Source: Camelus ferus
Taxonomy: Eukaryota
DNA: 64,000 nt
Direction of reading: 5' to 3'
Assembly: GCF_009834535.1 (NCBI RefSeq)
Contig: NC_045696.1
Coordinates: forward strand, 49,974,001 to 50,038,000
This document shows positions 1 to 13,000 of this stretch, one piece after another (the first letter of the stretch is position 1; each line of letters starts with the position of its first letter). The notes beneath the pieces were generated by a model. That model was not told the DNA's origin. It saw only the letters and a list, made by a program, of their open reading frames with translations, and made no database searches. Both the position numbers and the translations under genes were made by a program.

Positions 1-67
1 GTTTGCATAAATTCCAGAGACCCTTTTACCCAAAATAAAACTTTTCAGAAGACTGCTTTAAGTTTAC

Positions 68-117
68 CTGAGTACTTATTTCATCTTGAGAGCGTTCTTC
101 ATCTGTTCTGCCTGCAG
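68..117 (-). CDS. SLC9C1: SLC9C1 coding exon 26 (AAGRTDEERSQDEISTQ); acceptor position ambiguous
   Basis: aaccag| ... CAG|GTAAAC, 50 nt; open in the phase left by the previous exon; poorly conserved C-terminal tail. Confidence 0.7.
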
Positions 118-719
118 CTGGTTCAGAAAAGACTGTGTTAGGTCAAGCAATGAAACAAAGGACCGCATCAATTAGTCCAACCATCAAATTCAAACAGGTT
201 CGGATCACTTAGGCCCAGGGCCTGTGATGTGAAGTGGTGGAAATTTCAATTGGTAAGAAGTAGGGTCACTTTTTAGAAAGAGATTAAAAGTCTTTTATTT
301 TAAGGATTGGGTAACAAATATGCAGAAAGTTTGGAAAGTAGAGAGACAATATCATGTATTGTCCCAACATCCCCCAAATACTTTTATATTAATATGCATT
401 GAGAGTGCCAGGCCCATTGGTAAGTAATGAGGATACATGAGAAAGCAAACGAGTTACGATCCATGCTTTCTTGGAGCAGAAGGACCAGCAAACATACAAA
501 CAAACAAACAAAATAATGCAAGATGGAAAATACAGAATAATTTGTAACTACGACTGAGATGTTATCAGTCTTAATTCACACATTGAATGTCAAATATGGC
601 AGTTAAAAGGATTCCTCAGTACTCTAGACTGAGTGCATGTAAGTTTCCAAATACAAATATGACTATTTTATGAAGGGAAAGTAAGTTCACAGTTACTCAG
701 AGAAGTGTCACTCACATAC

Positions 720-843
720 CTGAGGTTGTTGAACGAGATGGTTTTTGTGACGGTATATCTTTTCTAGTCTTCCATCTGAATCTTTTCACATCAATTGAAG
801 TTTGAACAATCATTACCTTTGTGAAATCTTCAGTGCCTTGTAT
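720..843 (-). CDS. SLC9C1: SLC9C1 coding exon 25 (IQGTEDFTKVMIVQTSIDVKRFRW...STTS)
   Basis: tttcag| ... G|GTATGT, 124 nt. Confidence 0.93.
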
Positions 844-2337
844 CTGAAAGGTGACAGATTACAAGCTAATTTCTGAGTAAATCCCATACAATTTAAAATG
901 TCTTTCTAGTAAGCTACTATCTCAGGCCCTTTCTAAATATTAATAAATAGAAAATATTAATGCATATTAGATACATATCTTTAAATACCTGGATATGTTG
1001 GTTTTGTGAAAGTCAACATTCTATATGCTTTCACTGACTTTTAAATATCTTGCTCATTTTTCTGACAACTGGGAAAAGTGTTCAAGAGTTAATCAACAAA
1101 AACCCTTTAAAATATCACCCAGAGAGTTTTTCTTTGTGGCAAAAAGAAAGTTTAAAAATCAATGGATTTCAAGAAATCCTCTGACCTCATGGCCATTTTC
1201 GGTATGCTTTGAATTACATTGGTACCCAGATCCACAGCGAGCAGGGCTTTATGCCCAGGGCAGGGGACATGTTTGGGCAGATTTGGGTTGCCTTGAGAAT
1301 CTCTTGCTTGACCAACTAAATTCCCAACCAGCACCCCTAACTGAGGTCTGTTGTTATGGTTTCAAGAATAGAGGTAAGGAATAATTAGGAATAATGTTTC
1401 GCTTCTTCTCACTGAACGTCACATTGGTGCCGGTGGCGTCCACTTAGAAAACTTTCTTGTGACTGTTCTCACCTCAGGAGTCCTCTTATCCCCACCTCAA
1501 ATCTACTTTTTAAGTACTTCTATCAAAGCTGTAAATGTTTATCAATCTATGTATGTGTGTGTATATATATATTTTCACTTAGTTGAGAGATTTTTGAGGG
1601 CAAGTCCCAAGTCTCATTTGTCTTGACCACTTTAGCATCTAGCACTGTTCTGTCATGTATCAGTTGCTTAAAAGAATATGTGCCTTATTTAATTGACTAA
1701 GTCCCTCTTCCAATTTACTTTCTGTAGCTCTATTTCATATGTTCCCTGATTCCTCCTGACAAGTGCCTCTCTTACTCTACCCCAACAGACACAAACACAC
1801 ACACACACAAGCATGCATATATACCGTCTTCCTCCTTCCCAGGGCACAGCTTCTCATTTTGATTGGAAGTGCAACTTAACAGCTTAAATACGAGAAGTCC
1901 TTCACTTTCACATTCTCTTTCAAAGTAGCTGGGGAAATACTACTGGGACTCACTTCAGCATGGAGCTGGCAGAACCTTGTTAGAGTACTGTTCATATGGT
2001 CCAGAGAGATGGTGATCCTTCTGCAATATGTACATGAACTTAATAGGCCCTCTTTTACTATTTACAACTGCATCCAAATCTAACTGTGGCCAAAATGTAT
2101 AACTTAGCTTGCTTCATTGACATTGAACACGAATAGCTTGGTGTTTGGGCTACCCAGTGCCAAAGCAATCAGTGGACTTGAGGTGCATATGCTGTGTGTG
2201 TGGTGTGTGTGTGTGTTTATGGAGTGGTAGGAGAAAAGGAGAGAATGAGAAGGTGGAAAAGTGATGATTTGCTAATATTAACACATTGTTGGAAAAATGG
2301 CACATTGACCTGAAGACATGAACCAATGTTTCTTTAC

Positions 2338-2523
2338 CTGATGGCATGTTATAGGAATTAAGAAAGGAGCCTTATAAGTTTTTCGTAACTGACAATCTTC
2401 TACAGCTCCATGGATGAGGATGACATAAATTACAGTTTCATCATAGATATCAGTTTTGGTGCACTTTGGTATATCTCTTACATAAATGTTATGGAGTTTT
2501 AACTGCATCTTGTAATTCCAATC
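2338..2523 (-). CDS. SLC9C1: SLC9C1 coding exon 24 (DWNYKMQLKL...APFLIPITCHQ)
   Basis: ttgtag| ... CAG|GTAAAG, 186 nt. Confidence 0.95.
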
Positions 2524-2657
2524 CTACAAGAAAAACAATTTCATAATCTATTGTTCATTATAAAATTTAAAATAAATTCCTAAATAGTTAATTTCTGACA
2601 ATACTTCAGGGCAGTTTCATTCAGAGAGAAGGACAATTTTACGTAAATACCTCTTAC

Positions 2658-2789
2658 CTCATAAGATAAATGCTCTCTGATTTTTTTGGCAGTAATAGAA
2701 AGTCCAATTTTTAGCCACATTTTATATTCAATGTGAGGACAGAGTTGTTCAAAAGCTTCATACAAGTGATTTCTGGCAATAAAACATGT
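2658..2789 (-). CDS. SLC9C1: SLC9C1 coding exon 23 ([14 protein letters not shown]...[10 protein letters not shown])
   Basis: ttccag| ... GAG|GTAAGA, 132 nt. Confidence 0.95.
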
Positions 2790-3179
2790 CTGGAAGAGAG
2801 AAGATATCAATTTAATATTTCATTCTGTGCACCTGTGATTTAAGGGAACAAGATTTCTCACTTACATTTGTAATATTAAAACTAAGAATTTAAGTGATAT
2901 AGATTCATATTATTGCCTGGAAACCTAACAATATGTGCATATTTAATAAATACTCGTGTGATCTTGTCATACACTAAATTTAAAAGGCCACATGATCCAA
3001 TGAGACGTTCTTTATCATTCTTGGCGGTTCTGAAAAAATTAGGAAGCAAAGTATCAAAATCATTTAACCTTTCAAACTAGAGACATAATTATTTCTAAAA
3101 ACATATCAGGGGAGCAAACATTTTGGTCAATACTAAAATACTGATATTAACAGTGAACAGACTATTGGCTGTTGGGAAT

Positions 3180-5035
3180 AAGCTCCTATACATTCACAAG
3201 CCATGGTGTATGTTGGCTTTTATTTCTCTTGGGTAGGAATCTGACAGGGATTTCTGGTAATATGGGAAGTGAGTGTGTAACTTTATAAGAAACTGCCTAT
3301 CTGTTTTCAGAAGAGGTTGTAATATTTGACACTTTAACTAGTCATATATGAGTTTCAGTTGCTTCACATCCTTACTAATACCTGGTTTTCAGTCTTTTTG
3401 TTTTTAGCCAATGTAGTAGGTGGGTAGTGACACCTTATCATGAGTTTAATTTGCATTTCTCTGAGAGCTAAAGATATTAAGAATCTTCTTCATGTGCTTG
3501 TTGGCCATGTGTATATTCTTTTGTGAAGCATCTGCTCAAATCCTTTGCCTAATTTTTAAAATGGAAGCACAGTTGATTTACAGTATCATATTAGTTTCAG
3601 GTGTACAATATAGTAAACCAGAATTTTTATAGATTATACTACATTTAAAGTTATTATAAATATGGACTCTTCCCTGTGCTATATAATATAAATTTGTAGC
3701 GTATTTATTTTACACATAGTAGTTTGTACCTCTTAATCCCCTACTCCTATCATGTCCCACCCTATTCCTTCTCCCCAATGGTAACTACTTTGTTTTCTAA
3801 AGCTTTGAGTCTGTTTATGTTTTGTTACATTCCTTTATTTAATTTTTTAGATTCCACATTTAAGTGATAACATATAGCATTTGTCTTTCTCTGTCTGAAT
3901 TATTTCACTAAACATAATACCCTCCAGGTCCATTCATTTTGCTGCAAATGGCTGAATTTCATTATTTTTTATGACCAAGTAATATGCTCCCCACACACAC
4001 GTACATATATCTGTGTTTTTCCTGGTTTCTTCCTGTAATTGATTTCTAGTTTTTTATCATTGTGCTTAGAAAAAAAAGCTTGATATAATTTCTATCCCCT
4101 TAAATTTGTTGAGACTTCTTTTATGGCCTAGTATGTGATCTATCATGGAGAACATTCCATGTGCACTTGAAAAGAAATGTCTTCTACTGTTACTGAATGG
4201 AATGTTCTACAGATATCTATTAAGTCTAACTGGTCTAATGTGTCGTTCAAGACCACTGTATCCTTATTGATTTTCTGTCTAGATGATACATCCTTTGATG
4301 TAAATGGGGTGTTAAAAGTCTCCTATTATTATTGTATTGTCAGTTTCTCCCTTTATATATGTTAATATTTGCTTTACATATTTAGGTGTTCCTTATATTA
4401 AGTGCATGCATGTTAAAAATGTTCTATCCTCTTCTTGTATTGATCCTTTTATAATTATATAATTTCTTTGTCTTTTGTTATAGTCTCTGTTTTAAAGTCT
4501 ACTTTGTCTGATATGAGTGTTGCTACCACAGCTTTCTTGTCATTTCTTTTTACATGAAATATTTACCTCCATTCTCACTTTCAGTCTATGTGTGCCTTTA
4601 GCTCTGAAGTGTGTCTTTTGTAAGCAGCGTAAAAATGGGGTTTGTTTTTTATCCAATCAGCCTTTCATCCAATCTTTTTTGTGTGTAGGGGGAGGAGGTA
4701 ATTAGGTTTACTTATTTATTTATTTTCAGAGCAGGTACTGGGAATTGAACCCAGGACCTTGTGTATGCTAAGCATGTGCTCTACCATTTGAGTTATACCC
4801 TCACCCAACCCTATGTCTTTTGATTGGAGCATTTAGTACCATGAAATTTAAAATGACTATTGATAATTATGTACTTATTGTCATTTTGTTACTTGTTTTC
4901 TGCTTATTTTTGTAATTCTTCTTTGTTCCTTTTTTCTTTTTGTTTCTTCCTTTGTGGTTTGATGATTTTCTTTAATAGTGGACTGGTGTTCCTTTATTTT
5001 TAGTTTTTGTGTATCTATCATAGGTTTTTAATTTG
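3180..5035 (-). mobile_element. Nested LINE-1 fragments (3' end at about 3560-3990 plus ORF2 5' portion)
   Basis: Typical L1 3'UTR (gtttcaggtgtaca, tccattcattttgctgcaaatggc) and antisense endonuclease-region sequence. Confidence 0.85.
4688..4806 (-). mobile_element. tRNA-Ala-derived camelid SINE (vic-1-like), inserted into L1
   Basis: Minus strand GGGTATAACTCAAATGGTAGAGCA (A box) ... GGTTCAATTCC (B box), followed by an (AAAT)n tail and CCTAATTACCTCC. Confidence 0.85.
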
Positions 5036-5248
5036 ATCAAGTAGTATGCCACATACACACATACACACAAATATGTACATATATCTGTGTTATCCTGGTT
5101 ACTATGGTAACAAAATGACAATAAGTACATACAGTTTTTGTAACTTATCACTAGACTGTAAACATATACAAGCACAGAAATAACCTTAAATTTGGTCCTA
5201 GATATTTAACAAGATTCAACAGTAAGTCGTAAAGAGATGTTTTCTGAC

Positions 5249-5422
5249 CTCCACTACAGTTTTGCAGGTGGCAGAATATTTCATAGGTTCATTAGTCAAG
5301 CAGTTTAGCTCTCCTATTATTGCCCCACTGATCACAAAGTCTGTGTAAGTTATCTGATAATCTTTCTCCTCTGACTCCCAGATTATTTGGTCAATTCCCA
5401 AACCTGGCTTTGATCTTTGAAG
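5249..5422 (-). CDS. SLC9C1: SLC9C1 coding exon 22, CNBD phosphate-binding cassette (LQRSKPG...[24 protein letters not shown])
   Basis: gaacag| ... GAG|GTCAGA, 174 nt. Confidence 0.95.
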
Positions 5423-5943
5423 CTGTTCAGGGACAAAGAAAGAAAAATAATACATATACCAGTTAATTTATCAAAACTATCTGATTTATGGCATTTTCTC
5501 CTTTGGTTTTAACAATTTTAATATTGACATACTGTTTTGAGAACAGGTATTACTCATACCTTTTAAGGTATATTTATTAAATAAGCAATGACTTAGAAAC
5601 AAAGCACTCTTAAATACTCTTAAATACTCTGAGCTTTCTGGTTCCACCTACTCAGAATGGCTAAATGCTCAACTCAAACATGAGATAAATAACAATTTAT
5701 ATTATAATTTTCCATCTTAATGATGATCCTTTTGAGGTTTCTTGTTATCTACAGGAAGGTATGGCTTAAAAGGTAGTGGGTGGTGTTATCCATTATGTCT
5801 GAGGAAGAAAACTGTTGTTTGGATGGTAGCTGCTGTCCTAAAAAAGGAACAATGGAGTTCTTAACATTGAAAGATATTTTTCTCAGTCATATGATGTTTT
5901 TAACTAACGCTCACAAGTGCATTTATAAATAACTCTGCCTTAC

Positions 5944-6042
5944 CTTCACCATGCCTGAAATAATTATATAAATTCCTTGGGGCTCATCATCTTCTTCAAA
6001 TATATTATTTCCACAGTCATATGTTATAATTCTGGCTCTTTC
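5944..6042 (-). CDS. SLC9C1: SLC9C1 coding exon 21, CNBD N-terminal part ([33 protein letters not shown])
   Basis: ttgtag| ... AAG|GTAAGG, 99 nt; CNBD G..IF...YIIISGxV signature. Confidence 0.96.
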
Positions 6043-7179
6043 CTACAAATATCACCAAATACATAAGCTACAAATATTTTAGCAATGATTGGAGTTTACA
6101 TTTTAATAAAAGTTTTACACTTTTAAAGTAAATACTACTCAAAAAGATCTGAGATACTGTGTTAGCAATAAATTTGTAATAGAAGATAGGAATTGTGGCT
6201 AATAAAGAGAAGAAGGTGGATATTCATGGGTATGTACAATTTCAGATGGGGTATTTATGCATAGATTAGGAAACAGTCTAATCTACGAATAAGAATGTAA
6301 TGGAAGGATGAAAATATTTCATTTGGATGAAAAATAATTAGGACAGATGAAAGCTAATGGTACATATATGTCTTATACATACCCATGCTCTGAACTGATG
6401 AAGTAAATAAAAAATTTATTCATTCAAAATATTTTAAGTAGGGGAAAAATATAATCGTTCTTTTGGTACTAGCTAGATATAGAAAAAGATGTTATTATAA
6501 CAGGTGAGACTCATTTATTTGTTCACCCTCTAAACGTTTATTGAGTACCCACTATGTGAGATGCAACATTGTAGGGGCTGAGTATTCAAAAGCTGAAAGA
6601 GGTGAAAAATAGAGTAGGGGAGAGAGATATAAAGATAATAATTGTAATGTAATGTAATTATGCTATAATAAAGGTATATATGGAGACAATGGTGACACCT
6701 TTGGTCCTCCAAACTCAGGATGGACCACAGGATGGTCTTCTACTGGTGGGGTGTTTGACTCCAAAGCCTGCTTTTCTGAGTAGCTTTGGGGGGGCTATTT
6801 CCAGAGAAGGAATAGCAGAGAAAGTTTTGGGGGAAAAGAAGTGAAAGCAAAGGGCACTTCAAGATAAGTAAATAGCACTCACAGAGGAATGGACTTAGAA
6901 AACAGCATATAGTGCCTGGGGCACCATGAGTGGTTTAGTGTAAATAGAGTATGGGGCATATGACATATGGGCGACAGAAGGTAAAGATGGAGGGGTAGGA
7001 GGAGGCAGATTGTGGGAGAACTTGGCATGCCATTCAAAGAGATTTTGATTTTATCCTATAGGCAATAAAGGGTATTTAAAGAATTTAAAAGTGAAGAATA
7101 TTGTGATTAAATCTTTATTTTTAAAAAGATCATTTGTTGGTACATTAAAGATGGTATTACTAAGAAATAAAAATATTAC

Positions 7180-7305
7180 CTGAATAAAGCTTATGTAGTC
7201 TTGGTCTTTATCTAGCCACGGAACATGATGGAGTGCCTCATCAACAGTAATCGGTTTGTATATAGGTTGAAGATCAAGTATCTCTCTTTTTCTGGCTGTT
7301 ATTAA
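7180..7305 (-). CDS. SLC9C1: SLC9C1 coding exon 20 ([13 protein letters not shown]...[16 protein letters not shown])
   Basis: ttttag| ... CAG|GTAATA, 126 nt. Confidence 0.95.
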
Positions 7306-7479
7306 CTAAAACCACAACATTTAAGAAAGGAGATGAAGAAAACCGGTGTTCACAGAATGTTTAAAATAATTATGGCTTTGTACTATTTCTTCTCCTTGTT
7401 CTTCTGAGATTTTTGTTATTCATGGAAACCTCTAACCTCTTCTGTTACAGCATTTTCCTGTTATCATTATTCTGAACTT

Positions 7480-8800
7480 TTAAAAGTAAACCTTTTTACC
7501 AAAGTATAGGAAATATACAAAAGAGTGCACAAATCATAAATGTCCACTGAAGGAACATTTACAACATGAAAACATCGCCCAGATGTAACCAGTGCTCGGA
7601 TTAAAAAATAAAAATTTATAGCACCCTAGAATCCTCCCTTATGTTCTCTTCTAATCATTACTTCTTCCCCAAATTAATCACTCTTCTATTACCACACTTT
7701 AGCTTTGTGTGGTTTTGAGCTTTATCTGCATGAAATCAAAGAGTATGTACTTATCTGTGTTTGGTTTCATTTGCTCAACATTATGTTTCTGAGATTCATC
7801 TATGATGTTGCAAGGAGCAAATATTCATTCATTTCATTTTCACTGTTGTTTAGTATTATGTTTTATGAATACTCTACAGTTTTATTTATCTGTTGTGGAT
7901 TGAGATTGGATTGCTCTAGTTTTGGAATTTTGTAATGCTGCTGGAAGTATTTGCTGTACATATGTACACATTTCTGTTGTATATATGGTTATATAATCTA
8001 ATTTCTGGGTCTTAAGATATGTATGTGTTCAAGTTTAGTAGAGTCTGCCAAACAATTTTTCCAAAGTAATTGCATCAATTTATACTCCCATTCTAATAAT
8101 GTTCCATGTGTTCCACATCATTGCCTACACTTGGTATTGTCTGGTTGTTTGTTTTTTTTAAACTTAGGTATTATGGTGGTTGTGTATTGGTATTTTCATT
8201 TTGGTTTTAATTTGCATTAAGCTTTTGACAATGATATTGGCACCTTTTCTTACGTTTATTGGCTATTAGAACATCCTCTGTTGTGAAGTGCCTGCTCAAG
8301 TCTTTTGCTGATTTTTAAAAAAAAAATGAATTTTCTGTCTTGTTCTTATTGATTTATAAGAGATTTTTACATATTCTGGACATGAGAACTTTGTTGGATA
8401 TATTTATTTTGATAATATTCTCTACCTTTTTGTGGATTGTCTTTTCATTACCTTAATTTTCTAATAAAAAGAAATTATCAATTTTAATGTTATTTAAATC
8501 CACTTTTCTGTTCTGTTCAAGAAATCTTTGCTTAAGCCAATTATAAAAATTTTTATTTTACCTTCTAGAAGCTTATTGTTTTAATTAGGTCTATTTATGT
8601 TCTATTTATTATTGTATTATTTAATTATTTTTTATTTTGGTGGGGGGAGGTAACTAGGTTTATTTATTTTTAGGGGAGATACTAGGGATTGAACCCAGGA
8701 CCTCATGAATGCTAAGTAAGCGCTCTACCACTTGAGCTATATCCTCCCCTCTAGAAGCTTATTGTTTTACCTTTGTACTATCCATCTGGTGTGTGGTGTA
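7480..8800 (-). mobile_element. Old L1 (L1ME/MC-like) 3' fragment
   Basis: Decayed L1 3' and ORF2 C-terminal motifs (tgagattcatctatgatgttgc, tgtgaagtgcctgctcaagtctttt). Confidence 0.7.
8584..8749 (-). mobile_element. tRNA-Ala-derived camelid SINE with 20-bp target-site duplication
   Basis: A and B boxes; TCTAGAAGCTTATTGTTTTA at 8564-8583 and 8750-8769. Confidence 0.9.
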
Positions 8801-8829
8801 AGAGTTCAGATTCACAAATGAGATAGGTG

Positions 8830-10055
8830 TAAGTACTCTTAACGTGGAAAAAATAAACTATTGAGACAAAATTAAGACCTAATAAAGTGAAGAGCTATGT
8901 TAATAGATTGGATCAATATCACAAAGATGTCAATTTTCTCTAAATAGGTGTACAGGCTTACTGGAATCCCATCAGAAATTTCAGGAGGTTATGAGTAGAA
9001 ACTGACAAGATGACTCTAAAATTTATTTGAAAATACAAAATGCCAAAACTAGTCAAAATAATCTTGAACAAAGAATAAACACCAAAGCTGGAAGATATAC
9101 ACAGTGAGATATGAAGATTTATTATTAAATTTCAGTATAAGACAGTATGATATACATTGAAAAAGTTTCAATGATAGATAAGTAGAAGAATGAAACAAAA
9201 AGAGTCCAGAAACTCATCAGCATATACACAGTCAGTTTATGACAATGGCTCCACTGTGGTGTAAGGGGGGTAGGATGGCCTTTTCTATTCTCCCTTATGG
9301 AGAGGGTGTGGAGAAAAAGGAACCCTCCTACACTGTTGATGAGAATGTAGATTGTTGCAGCCACTATGGAGAATAGTATGGAGATTCATTAAAACACTAA
9401 AAATAGAGTTACCACATGATCCAGCAATCCCACTCCGGGGCATATATCCAGAGAAAACTCCAATTCGAAAAGATACATGCACCCCAATGTTCATAGCAGC
9501 ACTATTTACAATAGCCAAGATATGGAAGCAACCTAAATGTCCATCGACAATGAATGGATAAAGAAGATGTATATATACAATGGAATACTACTCAGACATA
9601 AAAAAGAATGAAATAATGCCATTTGCAACAACATGGATGGACCTAGAGATTATCATATTAAGTTAGAGAAAGATAAACATCATATGATATCACTTATATA
9701 TGGAATCTAAGAAAAAAATGATACAAATGGACTTATTTACACAACAGAAATAGACTAACAGACATAGAAAACAACCTTATGGTTACCCAAAGGGAAAGTA
9801 AGAGGGTGGGGAAGGAATAAATTAGGATCTTGGGATTGACACATACACACTACTATATATAAAATAAGATAAACAACCAGTTCCCAGGCTATATAGTTCC
9901 TGTATAGCCTAGGAACTATATTCACTATCTTGCAATGTATAATGGAAAAGAATATGAAATACATATACATATATATATATATAGTGCTGAATCAATCTTT
10001 GCTGTACACCTGAAACTAACAGATTGTAAATCAACAATACTTCAATTTAAAAAAA
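8830..10055 (+). mobile_element. L1 ORF2 remnant plus younger L1 3' end
   Basis: ORF 9352..9561 ([10 protein letters not shown]...DPAIPL...[23 protein letters not shown]) is the L1 ORF2 C-terminus; 3'UTR ends in an A tail near 10050. Confidence 0.9.
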
Positions 10056-10059
10056 TCAA

Positions 10060-13000
10060 AGTTGATCATATTATACATATTGTTTTATAAATTACTTCTT
10101 CCCTACTAACGATATATCTTGGTGAATATTTCTGTGTCAGTACATACAGATTTTTCTTATGTAATACTATTTTGTACATAATGTTCATTTGTGTGGATTA
10201 TCACAATTTACATAATCATTCCAATTTATGGTCATACTAGGTCGTTCCTAGTATATGTTTGAACATATATCTTTGTTTACATTTGAATATTTACACATTT
10301 ATACATGTGTAATTGCTGGTTTTAAAGGTATGTAGTTTAAAAATTATCATTTGTTAAATTGCCCTCCAGAATCACTGTATTCATTTGCATTTTTTTCTGC
10401 CATATTTAAGTCTGACACTTTCTCATTACCTCATTACCATTGAACATTGTCAGTTTTTTCTATTATTGCTAATTTCATGGACAAAATATAGCATTTGTTA
10501 ATACTTTAGTTTCTTTATCTTTGGTTACTAGAGATATTAAATATCTTTTCAATCACATTGGCAAATTTTCTTCTCACATCGTGAAATGCCTGTTTTGTAT
10601 TCTTTTCTCATTTTCTATAGCATTCTTTGTCCTTTTCTCATCGTTTTGTGAGAACTTTTTAGGTATTATTGCTATCACTACTGTGTAATTTTTGTTGCAA
10701 ATACCTTCAAAGCTGTGCCTTGCTTCTTAACTTGTTTGTAATATATTTCAACATATAAGGTTTTAAATTGTATTCAGTAGTATCTACTAATCTTTCCTCT
10801 GTTGGTATCTGGGTTTTGTGAATGGTTTACCGAAACTTTTCACACATCAGGAATGCAAAGATATTCTTTATATTTGATTATGATATTTGCATAATTTTTC
10901 ATGTTTAAATCTGGAAGATTTTCCTTCTCTATGTGTTGTGAGATACGACCCCAAAGTTGTTTTTTTCCATATGAATCTTGAATGTCTCAGCATCACTTAT
11001 TGAATTATCTATAGCTTTTCCTAATTTGCAATACCACCTTACTGTATACTGGATCACTATGTATATTTAGGTCTGCTACTGAACTTGTCTGTGCCATTTA
11101 CGTATTATTTTCTAATTCTATTTAATTCCACATTATTTGATTATTATGGATTTATAGCATATTTTACTATCTAGTAGGGTAACTACTGCTCACTGTTTCT
11201 TTTTCCCATTTCTTCACTTCTGATAAAATACACAAAATACAAAATTTACTATCTTAACCATATTTAAGTGTACAGTTCACTGGTATTAAGTACATTCATA
11301 TTGTACAACCATCAGCACTATTCATTTTCAGAACTCTTTTTATCTTGCAAAACTGAAATTCCTCACCCATTAAACAATAATTCCCCATTCTCTGCACCCC
11401 CCCACCCCCAGCTTCTGGAAATCACCATCTACTTCCTATCTTTAAGATTTTGACTGCTCTAAGTACCTCATATAAATGGGATCGTACAGTATTTACCTTT
11501 TCATAACTGTCTTATTTCACTTAGCAGAATGTTCTCAAGGTTCATCCATGTTTTAAGTATATGTCAGATTTTTTTCTGCCTTTTTAAGGTTGAATAATAT
11601 TCCATTGGAAGCCCATACCACATTTTGCTTATCCATTCATCCATCGATGGACACTTGTATTGCTTTCTTGTTTTAGCTATTGTGAACAATGCTGCTATGA
11701 ATATGGTGTACAAATTTCTCTTTGAGAGCCTTCTTTCAATTTTTTAATATATATTCTCAGAAGTGGAATTACCAGATCTTATGGTAATTCTATTTTTAAT
11801 TTTTGAGGAAGCACCACACTGTGTTCCACAGTGGCTATACCACTTTTCATTCCCACCAGCGTAAGGTTTTTTAGTTTTATTTTTGTTTTGGGGGAATTGC
11901 CATCCTAATTGGTATGAAGATGATATCTCATTGTAGTTTTGATTTATGTTTCCTTCATGACTAGTGATGTTAAGTATCTTTTCATGTGCTTATCTGTCAA
12001 AGTGTTCTTTGGAGAAATATCTATTCATGTTCTTTGCCCACTTTTAAATTAAGTTGTTTGGTTTTTGTTATTGAGTTTTAAGAGTTCTCTATAAATTCTG
12101 GATATTAATTATTTATCAGATATGTAATTTGCAACTATTTTCTTTCATTGTGTAGGTTGCCTTTTATTCTGTTGATACTGTCTTCTGATGCACAAGAAGT
12201 GAATCATGTGCATTTAAAATGTTTAAAAATTTTCATGATATGCAATTTGTCTATTATTTTCTCTTGTTGTCTGTGCCTTTGGTGTCATTTCTGAGAAATC
12301 ATTGCCAAATTCAATGTCATGAAGATATGCCCTATTTTTACTCCTATGAGTTTTAAAATTTTAGAGGTTACATTTAGATGATGTATTCATTTTAAATTAA
12401 TTTTTGTATATGGTGTTAGGTAAGGATCCAACTATATTCCTTTGTAGGTAGATATCCAATTTTTTCCATAAACAGCATATAGTTGAATAATATTTTTATC
12501 ACTTCTGCTACTCTTTGTGTTTTGTTTGGAGAGTTTAATTTATTTACATTTAATTACTGATAAGACAAAATTACTTCTGTCATCTTACTATTTTTTTCTA
12601 TAAGACTTATAGCTTTTTTGTCCCTCATTTTCTGCATTACTGTCATCTTTTGTATTTTGTTGATTTTTTGTAGTGAAACATTTAAATTTCCTTCCTCATT
12701 TATTTTTATGTACACTCTTTAGTTATTTTCTTTTTGGTTACCATGAGGATTACATTTGACATCCTAGAATATAACACTTTAATTTGAATTTATACCAATC
12801 TAACTTCCGTAACTTAGAAAACTCTGCTCCTTTAACAGCTCCATCGTCATCCCTTGTAGTTGATATCATAAAATTATATTTTTATATGTTGTCTGTCTAA
12901 AACATAAACTAATAAATTTTAAAATCCATTCATCTCTTAAATTATGTAGAAAACAAAATATGGAGTTATAAGCCAAAGCTATAAGAATTCTAGGTTTTAG

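Noticed and set aside
1025..1384. 119-aa plus-strand ORF
   Set aside because: Intronic, antisense to SLC9C1, with no recognisable homology or exon structure
4688..4806. tRNA-Ala gene (also at 8641-8749 and 20175-20285)
   Set aside because: tRNA-like head fused to a SINE tail with TSDs and degenerate stems, so these are SINEs rather than tRNA genes
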